Notes under the pieces: model-generated
Seen by the model: only the letters and a program-made list of their open reading frames with translations
What the model was told of the DNA's origin: nothing
The model's database searches: none
Position numbers and translations under genes: made by a program
Shown here: piece after piece, positions 11,316 to 25,867 of the stretch
Numbering within the stretch: position 1 is the stretch's first letter
Layout: each line of letters begins with the position of its first letter
Source of the DNA: Octopus sinensis
Taxonomy: Eukaryota
NCBI RefSeq assembly: GCF_006345805.1
Contig: NW_021832998.1
Location: forward strand, 1-64,000
Reading direction: 5' to 3'
DNA length: 64,000 nucleotides

Positions 11316-11619
11316 AATAATATTAATTAGAGACAAAACCACTATTTTGCAAAACAAACAAGGAAAGACTTAATCAATACATAAAATTTTAAAAAAGTAA
11401 AAAAAAACGCCACTACAATTGTTTCATGTCTTCTAATGACAATCTTCATAAATTGAAACTGATTTGAAAATCGGAAATCCACCTGAAGATTGTCATTTGA
11501 AGACATGAAACAATTGTAGTGGCGGCTTTTTTTACTTTTTATTAAAATTTTATGTATTGATTAAGTCTTTCCTTGTTTGTTTTGCAAAATAGTGGTTTTG
11601 TCTTTAATTAATATTATAT
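11316..11619. mobile_element. Penelope-like inverted repeat (arms about 133 bp, 35-nt spacer), present only in unit 1
   Basis: 11316-11448 is the near-perfect reverse complement of 11484-11619. Absent from the matching intron at about 25740-25860. Confidence 0.75.
11479..11522 (+). ncRNA. Minimal type-I hammerhead ribozyme motif
   Basis: CCAC CTGAAGA T TGTC atttgaa GACA T GAAA CAATTG TA GTGG: stem I CCAC/GTGG, palindromic stem III ACAATTGT, GUA cleavage triplet. Confidence 0.65.
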
Positions 11620-11697
11620 AATATTTTACTATAAAATTGGATTTAATCCTAAATCTGATTTTTCCCTGTAATTTTGGATTTATTCCCTAATATTTAT

Positions 11698-11781
<84 letters not shown>

Positions 11782-13122
11782 TAGATATATATATACATAG
11801 ATATATATATATATAAGTGAATGCGTGTGCGTGTTGCTTGTAAGGTATTGGCGAAAAACTACGGTTATACAGAATTTGTTTATGTCATTTATGAAGCAGC
11901 CGTTTGGATGATTGATAACATATTTCTTTCGTTATTTTATCGCATCTGTCCACCTTTCTTTCGTTATTTTACCGCATTTTTTGCCCCCAACAAATTCCTA
12001 TATAATCAAAACCTACATTGTCTGAAGCATAACCGAGCTTTCGTTTTGGCATAGGCGAAGAAACAAAGCCGATATGGGAATTTTTCGAAACTCCGCTCCC
12101 CTCTGTTCGGAAAACTTTTTCCCAAACAAATTCCGATATAATCGGAATCTACACCGTATTAAGAATATATGTAGAGAGTTTTATTAAAAAATATCCATTC
12201 TTCTGAAAGTTACGAGGAAACAAATTGCAGGGGGCACACTTGTGTAGGAATGCCTACAAAGTGTGTGGAGTTGCCGTCGGAGATTTGGCTGTTATTTCTA
12301 GCATGTGAAAGCCTGTTTAATGCGCAGAGTGTAACGAAAGGGTTTAAAAACATCCGTACATTCGCGACAGGTTACTGTGTTTTTTTTTTTTTTTTTTGAA
12401 ATAATTGAAATTAAAAATAAATTCTGCTGTTTCGTTTTAACTCGCAAAGTTGTCAACTGTTTTGTTCTTCAATTTCCATGAAAATCTTTTATTTATTTAC
12501 TTTCGTTTTAAAGTGAAGAGAGGAGGGTGCGGTGGGGGTCGGGGAAATTAAGTTTTGAAAGGCAAATTTATTTACAAATTCGTAATCTCCGTAGCTGAAA
12601 ATGTGGGTTTCTGTAAAAAAAAAACAAGTGGGGTGTGGCCAAGCGTGAATGCCTTACACTAACTGCTAGGCTATGCATCCTATAATATATGGCATGGAAT
12701 TTATGTGGAAAAATATATTGGTTTCAATTTTTCCATTGTATGTATCCACCAAATTTTCATTCCTGCCTCTGTACATCATCATCATCATCGTTTAACGTCC
12801 GTTTCCCATGCTCGCACGGGTTGGAATGTTCGACCGGGGTCTGGTAAGCCATGGAGGCTGCACCAGGCTCCAGTCTGATTTGGCAGTGTTTCTACTACTG
12901 GATGCCCTTCCTAACGCCAACCACTCCGAGAGTGTAGTCATTTGCACATTAGACTTTTACGCCTTTACCATACAGCTTTACAGTCCTTACTCAAATACAA
13001 GAGCCTGCATATGGTCATTTAACCCACTAGATGTAACAGCTAAATCTCCCTCAAATTACATCCTACTTTCTTGACAAAGTTTGACACATTGGATTATGTT
13101 GTCCCAGATATGCAGTAGTTAA

Positions 13123-13342
13123 CCCTTTCGTTACCATATTTATTTTGAGATGCTCTGCATTTCTTTCAATTGTTTTAAATATAACAAAGAATTTAGTAAA
13201 ATACTTAGTTATCATTCAGCTAGTGTTAGGGACATAAATTGCGACTAAGGTTTGGTGGAAGATTTTAATTCAAAACTTATGCAAACAAGACATTTGTACT
13301 ACAGAACCAGAGCTGGTTTCAGCCGGGTTGGTAACAAAAGGG
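13123..13342. mobile_element. piggyBac-type MITE (duplicate 27234-27454)
   Basis: TIRs CCCTTTCGTTACCA / TGGTAACAAAAGGG, flanked by TTAA at 13119-13122 and 13343-13346. Confidence 0.8.
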
Positions 13343-14047
13343 TTAAGCTAAGTTTAGGATGGTCATGATGAGCACTTTTGATTGTTATCTACTGAATTGA
13401 GTCTGGTATGAATCTAACCAACATTACTTACATGACCTTCACCCATGGACTCTGCTGCCAGTTGAGGCAAGTGAAATCGAGGTCAAAATCAAACTCGGTG
13501 ACTGGCATCCGTTGCTAGTGGAGCGCTAAGAGTACCATTCGAGTGTGATCGTTACCGTGTCGTCTTACTAACACTTGTGCTAGTGGCATTTGAAACATTT
13601 GAGCAAAGGTGTCACCAGTGCCGCTGGACTGGCTCCTGTGCAGGTGGCACATAAAAAGCACCATTTGGGCGTGGCCGTTGCCAGTACCACCAAACTGGCC
13701 CCCGTGCCGGTGGCACGTAAAAGCACCCACTACACTCTCGGAGTGGTTGGCGTCAAGAAGGGCATCCAGCTGTAGAAACTCTGCCAGATCAAGATGGAGT
13801 CTGGTGCAGCCATCTGGTTCTCCAGACCTCAGTCAAATCGTCCAACCCGTGCTAGCATGGAAAGCGGACATTAAATGATGATGAAACCCTTTGTTGTCTA
13901 AGATATAACAATTTCAGGTTCCTTTCTACTCTCAGATATAAGAATTTATTCATTATCTATACTGGTAACAAAAAATAAAGAATGAATACGAACAATTTTT
14001 CTGTAATTAACGCAAATGTGATTTATTTATTTTTGTTTCCATTGCAG

Positions 14048-14271
14048 AAGCTATTGATGCCATCCTCTCGTTTTCTATGTCAGCGAGAGAACTTTTGAAC
14101 CGAAAGAAAATCACACGAGATTACCTGAAGCAGTATCTTCTCAGTCAAAAAGTTTCAGTGTCTGGTAATTCAACAAAACAGGATTTAATTTCTCGAATTT
14201 TAGAATATTGGTCTGGAGAAAGGATTTCTTATCCTGCAGTCCAATCCCCACCCAGGGAGCAAACCCATTTG
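14048..14271 (+). CDS. C3orf38: C3orf38-like copy 1, exon 2 (AIDAILSFSMSARELLNRKKITRDYLKQYLLSQ...EYWSGE...QTHL)
   Basis: Pyrimidine tract plus ttgcag|AA acceptor (phase 1); TTG|GTAATT donor (phase 0). Matches the recalled [26 protein letters not shown]..YW segment. Confidence 0.85.
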
Positions 14272-15273
14272 GTAATTTTCTGACCTTTTCTTTTTTAAAC
14301 TTTTCTCTAACTTTGGATGAAGATCAGCAATTTTCAGGAGAGGGCTAAGTCAATTACATTAACCCCAGCGCTCCATTGGTAATTATTTTATTGACCTTGT
14401 GAGGCAAAGTTAGCCTCAGTGGCTTAGCATTTTGTCTGGTACATTGACAGTTCCATCAGCTCTCTATCTTCCTTCTTTTTTAAATGATTGACTGTCAGCT
14501 ACCTAATCAAGACATCCTACCTCCTAAACTCTACGAGATACTTCAATTCATCAAACTATTTATGAGTTCCCCCAGAGTTTTGCAAGCTGTCCCTGGCACT
14601 AGATCCGTTTCACCCTTGATCCATCTAAGACAGCTAAGCACATGACTTTAATGTGTTTCTTTTACATCCCATACACAACAAAACTACATAACAGCCCCAA
14701 TTTTCCAGGTGCTCCACACACAGGTGTGATATTACCTGTACTAGTGAACAGCAATACCTAGAGGAAAGTCCTGACTGTCACCAACTGGATGGTATTTACC
14801 CAGTTTTAAAATACCTTCAAAACTGCCATCTGCAAAGCAAACATCTTGCAAATTCTTTCCTCTCCTGAAATTCATTTGGTCTTTTTGACCCAGAAACAGA
14901 AGATTATCCACCATCTTTGTAGAATTCTCCTATGCTTTTAATTTCCAATGAAGATGGCACTGTAAGCAGTGCTCACATTTGTGCAGGAAACATTTGCACT
15001 TGCTGTCACTTTTTTTTTACAGCTCTGTAATTCACACTCCTTGCAATTACTCATCGAAAACTTCCTCTTTTCAGTCAAATATCATGTGTTCAGCATTGTC
15101 CTACCTACAATATATAACTTTCTCAACTTGACTGGGTACACTGTGTCTCATTCTCACTCTCTCTCTCTCTACATACATACATACATACAAACATACATGT
15201 GTACATACATACATATATACATACACACATGTGAGTCCACTGCCCTAACCACTGGGCCATTGCACCTCCCATA

Positions 15274-15307
<34 letters not shown>

Positions 15308-15354
15308 CATCATCATCATTTAATGTCCGTTTATATGCTAGCATGGGTTGGACG

Positions 15355-15393
<39 letters not shown>

Positions 15394-15797
15394 GAAAGTT
15401 TACGAAAATAAACAAAAGACGAAGGCAGGTGGAGTATAAACAAACAAATGTATTAGTATAGCGCTCAGGAATAGAAAAAGTCTTTTATATATACATATTG
15501 TTACAATATCATAAATCAGAAGATACCTATAAAATATAGAGTAGTTGTTTATTTTTGTATATGTAATGTAATAGTTTAGAAAAAAAAAACCCATTGGTTT
15601 CATATCTAGTGTGAACTAGACACCTCTTCAATTTTTCTAAATGATAACCAAGGAATATTTCCTGAACTATCACTGGTGTTCTTGTATTTAAAAAAAAAAA
15701 CATTCTTTGCAGAGGGCAGTTATTGTTTAGAAAAACTGAAGAGATGACGAGTTCACGCTAGATATGAAACCAATAGTTTTTTCCCTAAACTATTATG

Positions 15798-15843
<46 letters not shown>

Positions 15844-16233
15844 TTATATACTAGCTGTTGGACCTGGCATTGCTTGTGTTTACCGTGTTGAAGTTAAGCC
15901 CACCTCTAACCTTGTATTGAATAACCATTTCCTCAGAGACTATTCTATTGATGTTGTTGAAATTTTATATGTAAAAATATGCAAAAGCTCCAGGAAAAAA
16001 TAACATAGTTATGTGAATTTCCACTCAAACACCTGATTGAGCTCAGAGAAATCGATGCCACCTGAGCATTTGTGAGTTTTTGAAAAATTCTGGCCTCATT
16101 TGAACTTCAGGGCATGTGATTTACCTATGTGCCGAAAATCATTAAAATCGGTTGGATGGTGTGGGAGGGGTTAGAGTAACTCCAAACACACAGACAGACA
16201 GACAGACTCCATTACATATTTATGTGTGTGTGA

Positions 16234-16264
<31 letters not shown>

Positions 16265-16800
16265 GATACACACACACACATATACATATCATTATCATCG
16301 TTTAACATCCGTTTTCCATGTTGGCATGGGTTGGACGGTTCAACTGGGGTTTAGGAAGCCAGGAGGCTGCACCGGACTCCAATCTGATCTGGCTATGTTT
16401 CTACAGCTGGATGCCTTTCCTAATGCCAACCATTCCAGAGGGGACTAGCAATATATATATATATATGTATAACCGTGATCACCGTGACCGACCGGGCTAT
16501 CAGATGTTGCTACCCATCGCTGGTCACAATGCGCTTCGCATTGTTTTAGCCTTCAAATGACGCCACCCCGCTGGCTAAGCGAGGAGGCCAACAGAAGAAA
16601 GTGTGAGAGAAAGTTGCGGCGAAAGAGTACAGCAGAGATCGCCACCACCCCCTGTTGGAGCCTCGTGGAGCTTTTAGGTGTTTTCGCTCAATAAACACTC
16701 ACAACGTCCGGTCTGGGAATCGAAACTGCGATCCTACAACCGCGAGTCCGCTGCCCTAACCACTGGGCCATTGCGCCTCCACACACACACACACACACAC

Positions 16801-16852
<52 letters not shown>

Positions 16853-16971
16853 ATCCTATATACTGACTCACTCTGACTATATGCACTGTCTTATCCAGTC
16901 TATACACCCTGTATCTTATCCTCTTCTCTATATACGCTATTTGATATTTCTCTTTTTGTTTTTATTTCTAG

Positions 16972-17418
16972 GCAGAACCAAAACCCCGCCTTCCTTCTAG
17001 TGATGTGAAACAACTTGGCGAAACTTTTGCATCTTGGTTTTATAAATTGTTTAACTCAGGAACTGAATCTGGTTTGAAAGATTAGTTTTGGCCCCGATGT
17101 TCCTTACATTTACTGTTGATATCTGAAGGGATAGACGAAGAAAGGACAGAGGGTGCTGATCTGGTCGCATGTAGACTAAAAAGATTAGTGAGCAAAGAGA
17201 ACTTGCATTTCAATGCCAACATCACCGGTGGTGGTGTTACGAGTCAAGGTGAGAGTTTTGGTATTGTGTGTGTTCTGGTTCGCGGTACGGTTCACAAAGG
17301 GGATCATGTCTTGGGACTTTTCGAACAGAAGTTTGATTTGCTCAGGGATCCTTCGTCAGCAAACAACTGGAAGATAGCGCATGTTTCACTAAAAGTTTGT
17401 GGCAAAGAGTGCCATTAG
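16972..17418 (+). pseudogene. C3orf38: C3orf38-like copy 1, exon 3 with in-frame TAG at 17083-17085 (153-aa product if terminated there, 264 aa if read through)
   Basis: Same acceptor and frame as 2190-2636, with only two substitutions seen between them. Phase 0 fits the exon-2 donor. Confidence 0.85.
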
Positions 17419-19171
17419 ACAACCAAGTTTCTGAGATTCTTCTGGACATGTAGAAAAAACACCAAAAAACAAAAGCAAAAATCATTTTGTTTATGACTAA
17501 AATTGATATTATATGCAAGGAAATTATTCCATATTAAAATTATCCATTGAGACTTCTAATAAATGCTTCATTGAACATCAAACTAAATGTTTTCTGCTTT
17601 TCACATTTTCTTCTATTTCATCATCATCTTCATCATCATCATCATCATCATTTAGGCATTTACTTTTCCATGCTTGGATGGGTGACACAGAATTTGTTGA
17701 AGCAGATCAAAAATCAATGGAAATTGCAGTTGTGATACCAGTGCTGGTGGCACGTAAAAGATCCATCCGAACGTGGCCGCTGCCAGCTCCGCCTTGACTG
17801 GCCTCCGTGCCGGTGGCACGTAAAAAGCACCAACCGATCATGGCCACTGCCAGCCTCCCCTGGCACGTAAAAAGCACCCACTACACTCACGGAGTGGTTG
17901 GCGTTAGGAAGGGCATCCAGCTGTAGAAACACTGCCAGATCAGACTGGAGCCTGGTGGGTGCAGCCTCCCAGCTTCCCGACCCCGGTCGAACCGTCCAAC
18001 CCGTGTTAGCATGGAAAATGGACGTTAAACGATGATGATGATGAGATACCTTTCCTGTTATTCACACTCACTCACCTGTTTCCAATAGAGATAATTTTTC
18101 CTCATTTCCAGATATATTTTCATGTATGTTTTGGCATGCTTTTTACAACTGGATGTCCATGTGGCTGTCCCTCTCGACATGTAGCATAAAGTGAACTCTT
18201 TCTTTACCACAGTTCTACTCAATCAAAGGGACTTTTTCCTTGTCTTCCAAGTTACTTGGAAACTTCACCAGTGATGGTACTATGAAAAAAAAAAAATAAA
18301 AAACAAGTATCCTGTACCTTCCGTAAAGTCGGAAAGAATATCCGGGGCTAATGCAGCTTTGCACCTCTCTTTGAAAAATACATTTTTTTGAAAAGTTTTT
18401 TTTGCAGATTCCTACGTTAGATGTTAGAGATTATGAATATGAAAAAAAAAAAAAAAAAATTCAACTCCCCTCCAACCCCCACCCTGAAATTTAGAACTTT
18501 TTCGAAATATTTTTTCCGCTGTGTTTTAGATGATGGAGATTCCAGATATGCAAGAAACCAAGTTTTCTAAATTTTAAATTCAATATGCATATAGATAGGT
18601 GTATAAAGAGATAGACCTGAATGTCTTCCTGGGGCTAAAAACAACAGCAACACAGTCTTCTATAAGAGCGTCACCTTTAGTTGACAACCCACCTCTCCTT
18701 GAAAAATGCACTTTTAAAAAAAAAAAAATTTTCTGATTCTTACGTTTTAGATATTGTAGATTACAAACGAATATGCAAAAAAAGAAATTTTCAAAATTTT
18801 ACCCCCACCTAAAAATTTTGATTTTGTTTACTTTAAAGAGATCATAGTGAACTGACTAACATATGCAAATCGTAATTAAATCGAAATTAAATCCACACGA
18901 AAAAAATTTTTTTTTTGTATATTTGTAATCTCCGACATGTAAAACAGGAATCTGAAAAATATCTTTTCGAAAAAAATGCATTTTTCGAGGAGAGGTGCGA
19001 AACTGCATTAGTCCCGAATATCCAGCCACAGAAATCATACCAAAGCAGGCATTGGAGTGGGATGCTGTCCTCCAGCTCTTCTTTGGATCCTGTCAGACTG
19101 TTTCAACCCATCTAGCATAGAAGACAAACATTAAATGGTTATGATGATAATGACAACGACGACGATGATTC

Positions 19172-19203
<32 letters not shown>

Positions 19204-20156
19204 AGGCTTCATACAGTTTCTGTCTTCCAGATTGACTTAAATTACTCTTGGTTAATGCTGGAATACTGTTGGAGACACTTGCTTAAAATACTGTGCAGTG
19301 GAACTGAACCTATTTCTTTACTGCCCACAAGGGGCTAAACACAGAGGAGACAAACAAGGACAGACAAACGGATTAAGTCGATTATATCGACCCCAGTGTG
19401 TAACTGGTACTTAATTTATCGACCCCGAAAGGATGAAAGGCAAAGTCGACCTCGGCAAAATTTGAACTCAGACAAAATAACGGCAGACAAAATACAGCTA
19501 AGCACTTCGTCCGGCGTGCTAACGATTCTGCCAGCTCACCACCTTTGTGGAACCGAACCTGAGACCATCTGGTTGAGAAGTTAATTTCTTAATAGCGTCG
19601 CCACGTCTAAACACCGAGAACAGGTGAATCCAAGCAAGATTGTGGATGGAACTAACTTTTCCCGACAGAGTCTCATATTCTTTTATGCTTCTGTTCGTTT
19701 TATGCTTCTGTTCGTTTCAGTATCAAATCTGATACATATTCTATCAGTTTCTTTTTTGCCAAACTGCTAAGTCATGGAAATGTAGAGAAACTCACGCTGG
19801 TTGAGTCAAAAATATATATATATATATATCAACCATTTTATGCTGCCACCGTCGTCATCATCATCATCATCATCATTTTAATGTCTTCTTTTCCTTGCTT
19901 GCATGGATCAGACGGAATTTATTGAGGAAGATTTTCTAAGTCACATGTTGTTCCTGTCATCAACCTTCATTTATTTTCAAGCAAGGTAGTATTTCCCGAC
20001 GGCCTGATATGTTTTTGTGGAGGCTGTGTGGTAAGAAGCTTGCTTCGAAACCACACGGTTCCGGGGTCAGTCCCACTGCGTGGCACCTCGGGCAAGTGTC
20101 TTCTACTATAGCTGTGAGTGGATTTGGTAGACGAAAACTGAAAGAAGCCCGTCGTG

Positions 20157-20221
<65 letters not shown>

Positions 20222-23200
20222 AGAGTTTATGAGAAAAACAAAAGAAGACGAAGACAGGTGGTGTACAAAACAAACATATGTATTAGTATAACGCTCAGGA
20301 ATAGAAAAAGTCTTTTACGTTTCAAGCCTATGCTCTTCTACAGAAAGGGACTCAGAAAAAAATGTGTAGTGGCCACCGATCTATCACGGCGATTATATAT
20401 ATATGTATATATTTGTGTGTCTGTGTTTGTCTCCCACCATCGCGTGACAACCGACGTTGGTGTGTTTACATTCCCGTGGCTTAGCTGTTGGGCAAAAGAG
20501 ACCGATAGAATAAGTACCAGGCTTACAAAGAATAAGTCGTGGGGTCGATTCCTTCGACTAAAAGGCGGTGCTCCAGCATGGCCGCAGTCAAATGACTGAA
20601 ACAGGTAAAAGAAAAGCAAAAGAACAATGTATGAAGCCGAGACAGATGTACTAACATCACGTCATGCAACAAGCTTCTGCTGATAAATATCTAAGGGAAA
20701 TAATTCAATATTAATATGCAATTAGTTATGTCCCTTACAAAATCCTTTTTCGATTTTCCGCTTATTCTTTCTAGTCGTGGCATCTCAATGCTCAAATGTA
20801 CTTTATTTTATCGACCAGGAATGGACGAACGGTAAAGTCGATTCAGCGGAATTTGAACTTAGAAGATATAGAGAGCCAGAAGATATTCCAGCAAGGTGCC
20901 ACTGCAAGGCACGTACCAGCTCGTCTTCCAACTTGTAATAATGGTTTCTGATATAGACACATACGCGACTGTTTTGAGGAGAGGGCAGGTGATATTAATC
21001 GATCTCAGTATTTGTCTGGTCCCATATTTTATCGATCAGGAAGGAACTAAATATAAATTCGATCTCGGCGGGATTTGAACTTAGAACGTTAAGAATCAGA
21101 ACAAATACTGCAAAGTTACTGTTATCCAAAAGGCACGATTTCCACATGCATCTATTGTGTTATATTTACTTCTAAGACGAGCTGGCAGAAAGGTTAGCAC
21201 GCCGGGCAAAATTCTTAGCGGTATTTCGTCTGTCTTTACGTTCTGAGTTCAAATTCCGCCGAGGTCGACTTTGCCTTTCATCCTTTCGGGGTCGATTAAA
21301 TAAGTACCAGTTACGCACTGGGGTCGATGTAATCGACTTAATCCGTTTGTCTGTCCTTGTTTGTCCTCTCTGTGTTTAGCCACTTGTGGGTAGTAAAGAA
21401 ATAGGTATTTATAAATAACTCCGCCATCTCGGCATCAACTTCAAACTTTTAATAATAATAATGGACAGAAGGCGGCGCGTTGGCAGAACCGTTAGCACGC
21501 CAGGCGAAATGCGTAGCCGTATATCGTCTGCCGTTACGTTCTGAGTTCAAATTCCGCCGAGGTCGACTTTGCCTTTCATCCTTCGGAGTGGATTAAATAA
21601 GTACCAGTTACGCACTGGGGTCGATATAATCGACTTAATCCGTTTGTCTGTCCTTGTTTCTCCCCTTTGTGTGCGCGTGACGGGCTTCTTTTAGTTTCCG
21701 TCTACCAAATCCCACTTTGGTCGGCCTGAGCCTGTAGTAGAAGATACTTGCTCAAGGTGCCACGCAAAGTGAAACTGAACTCAGAATCAAGCATCTCACC
21801 ACATCATCATCATCATTTAACGTCCGTTTTCCATGCTGGTATGGGTTGGATGGTTTGACTGAGGACTGGAAAACCAGGAGGCCGCACAAGGCTCCAATCT
21901 GATCTGGCAATGTTTCTACAGCTGGATGCCCTTCCTAACACCAACCATTCCGATATTGTAGTGGGTGCTTTTTACGTGCCACCGACACAGGAGCTAGTCA
22001 GGCGGCACTAGCATCGGTCACGTTCGGATGGTACTTTTGACGTGTCACTGGCACAGGAGCAAGTCGGAGTGGGGTACTGGCATCGACGACGTTCGGATGG
22101 TGCGTTTTACATGATAGCGGCACGGGGAGCCAGTCTCGCGGCACTGACAACGACCCACGCATGAATGGTGTTTATTGCGTGTCACCAGCACGGGAGCCAG
22201 TCAGGCGGCACTGGCATCAGCTATACTTACAATTTCCATTTTTGATTTCGAAATTGTTTCAAACACAACACGAAGGAAGAAGAATTATATGGATGCAACG
22301 GCCAATCTGCAGTTTCGTTAATAAAGAGCAGCGAGCGAAACATTGCCATTATTAATTCGTGATCAGCAAAAAAAGCAGAATTAACTTTAAACAGAAACAC
22401 CTGTTTACAATATTTTTTGTGTAGATACATAGTGAAAGGGCAAATTTACTGTTGTGTTCATCCGGAGATAGTCTCTCATATGCACTCGCTGTGTTAGTAA
22501 GCACAATATATATATATTTCTTTACTACCCACCAGGGGGCTAAACACAGAGAGGACAAACAAGGAGAGACAAAGGGACTAAGTCGATTACATCGACCCCA
22601 GTGCGCAACTGGTACTTAATTTATCGACCCCAATAGAATAAGTACTGGGCTTACAAAGAATAAGTCCCGAGGTCGATTTGCTCGACTAAGGCGGTGCTCC
22701 AGCATGGTCGCAGTCAAATGACTGAAACAAGTAAAAAAAAAAAATATCTTTATATATAAAAGAGAGGTTGTGTGTCTGTCTCCTACGATTTAGTTTCCTA
22801 ACTACTCCCACATTTTGCGGTGCAGTTTAACCAAATCCGGGTATCTTATAGTCGTGATTCATATCGAGCCCTTCTGGGTATTAGCGCGCGGCTACAATGG
22901 GTCTACGATTAAAAAAAAAAATTACCATCATTATTTCCCGTTTTAATCCATTTTTTCGCTATTATATAAGGGAAGTAACTCTTTAAAAATGTCTACGATG
23001 AGTCAACGATTTAAAAAAAAAATTACCATAATTTTTTTTCCATTTTTAATGCATTTTTTGCTACTTTTTGGCTATAAATCTCTAAAAATGCTTATATAGT
23101 TATTTCCCTTAGAAACCCGAGCAACGCCGGGCGATACTGCACGTAAGCGAAAGCAGGATATTGCAGTCGCTCGTCTCTGTCTGTCTGTTCTCAAAATTAC

Positions 23201-25331
23201 TGAAAAACGACAGAATGGATTTTCGTCAAATTTAGCAGAAATGCTCATTGGGTGAGTGGCTCGAATTCATTGTTTTGGCTTGAATATTTTCAAAATTGGC
23301 GGACAAGTGAATCAAAATGTTTTTTCCCCGACCTTTGTCAGAAATACATAAATGATAAGCAGGGGAAATAACTCTTGATGTAATTTTGTTGAAAAATGAA
23401 TTCGGCTGAGAATATATTAAATGAAATGATATTTTATTTTGTCCTTGTGTGAGCGTCGGGTATGCATCGCCCCTCCAATGCCTTTTTGTTCGTTCCTTTT
23501 TATATCCCCTTGGAGCATTCAGGGAGGGTTAGTATCTTGTGGGTGGGGCTAGTCGCTAGTATGGACCCCATACTGTTGACACATCAAATAGCTGGAACAA
23601 TCTCAGACAAGGACACTGCACGGGATGATGGGCATTTGCTGGAAGGACAGTGTGACGAATCAAGAAGTACTGAGTCAATGTTGCTGAAGGCTCAGTGACG
23701 CTGGACTGGCCATGTCATCAGAATGACTGACAACCGTGTCACCCAGGCAGCTGTTGTGTGTTGAGCTCATGCAGGGCTCATGCAAAATGAGGATGCCCTA
23801 AACCGAGGTACAAAGACACTTTGAAAAGTAACCTCAAATGGAGAAGCATTTTGAGCAGATGAACTTGAAGCCTCTGCTGTCGACAGATCAGTCTCTCATC
23901 TCATGAGCAGCAGCTGCCGTGGAGGCACAATGGCCCAATGGTTAGGGCAGCGGACTCGTGGTCGGAGGATCGCGGTTTCGATTCCCAGACCAGGCGTTGT
24001 GTGTGTTTATAGAGCGAAAATACGTAAACCTCCACGAGGCTCTGGAAGGGGGTGGTGGGGACCCCTGTTGTACTCTTTCGCCACAACTTTCTCTCACTCT
24101 TTCTTCCTGTTTATTGTCCCCGACTTCCTACGCAACCGCTGAGCCTGGATTCGCATTCATCCATCTGTCGATGCTCTCGGTGTCGGGGTTTGCGAGCTCT
24201 GGGACGAAGACCGTTCGCTCAACTGCAACAGCAGCAGCTGCCTTTGAAGAGGATCGGTAACAGAATCTTGATGCTGCAAGAAAAGGACATCACAGGGCAG
24301 TATCTGCCTCAATCAAGTCAACAGACTATTGCTGTGACATCCGTGGGCGCCAGTGTGCCTCCAGATTTGTACTGCAGGGTCATGTGCACTCTCATTGCTG
24401 ACAACACAGATTTTGTCATCATCAGGCACTGATGGACTACCTATTATATGTATATGTGCGTATGTGTATATATATATATGTGTGTGTGTGTATATATATA
24501 TATATCACCGTGACCGACCAGGCTATCAGATGTTGCTACACATCGCTGGTCACAATGCGCTTCGCATTGTTTTAGCCTTCAAATGACGCCACCCTGCTGG
24601 CTAAGCGAGCAGGCCAACAGAAGAAAGAGTGAGAGAAAGTTGTGGCGAAAGAGTACAGCAGGGATCGCCACCACCCCCTGCCGGAACCTCGTGGGGCTTT
24701 AGGTAGTTTCGCTCAATAAACACTCACAATGCCCGGTCTGGGAATCGAAACCGCGATCCTGCTGCCCTAACCACTGGGCCATTGCGCCTCCACACACACA
24801 CACACATATATATATATATACATACATGCCTAACTGGTATTTATTTAATCGACCCCGAAAGGATGAAAGGCAAAGTCGACCTCGGCGGAATTTGAACTCA
24901 GAACGTAACGGCAGACGAAATACCTATTTCTTTTACTACCCACAAGGGGCTAAACATAGAGGGGACAAACAAGGACAGACAAACGGATTCAGTCGATTAC
25001 ATCGACTCCAGTGCGTAACTGGTACTTATTTAATCGACCCCGAAAGGATGAAAGGCAAAGTCGACCTCGGCGGAATTTGAACTCGGAACGTATTGGCAGA
25101 CGAAATACCGCTCAGCATTTCGTCCGGTGCGCTAACGATTCTGCCAGTTCCTCCTGCCTTCGGCCCTTGATGTTTTCTCCAACCTAAACGATGTCACCTG
25201 GTGGCTAACGCAATCTTGCATCTCGAGTTACCCCCCCTTACCAACCAGCTTCTTGGAAGTATTTCCGGGTGTATTTGGTTTCACTTTGAAAATATTGTCT
25301 TTTCTCAGTTGAAGGAATTCAAAGACCAGCA

Positions 25332-25458
25332 ATGAGTTTCACAGAAGCGGAGAAGAAAGGTTGCCGTAATCTACTAAACCAATTGTATTACAAAGACATT
25401 CTGTCACTGGTAGATACAGTCACCAGGAGATTCATCGAAGATAAAAGAAGTCGAGAAG
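25332..25458 (+). CDS. C3orf38: C3orf38-like copy 2, coding exon 1 (MSFTEAEKKGCRNLLNQLYYKDILSLVDTVTRRFIEDKRSRE)
   Basis: ATG at 25332; donor G|GTAAAA at 25459 (phase 1), second in-phase donor at 25480. GCRNLL and DTVT motifs are intact. Confidence 0.8.
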
Positions 25459-25743
25459 GTAAAAGAAGAAGACAAAAAGGTAAAAGGAGGAGATTCTCTT
25501 TATTTACATTTTACTTCCCAAACTCTCAGACTTCGTCTTATCTTGTCTTATCGTCGGAGGATCAGAGACCCGGGGGAATTATGATAATAATAATAATAAT
25601 AATTATTATTATTATTGCACTCTAAACGTTTTATTTATTGGAAGTTAAATTATATTTCCGGTTATAGAGTGGCGAATGGGTTCGAATCCGTTGAGCGCTT
25701 AATCAGACTCCAATGACCGAGGGTTGTATATATATGTGTGTGC

Positions 25744-25813
<70 letters not shown>

Positions 25814-25833
25814 CAAGTCTGTTGTTGACTTGA

Positions 25834-25867
<34 letters not shown>

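Noticed and set aside
20009-20599. 196-aa ORF
   Set aside because: It runs through a family-C SINE, a (TA)n tract and a Penelope-like fragment; no protein features.
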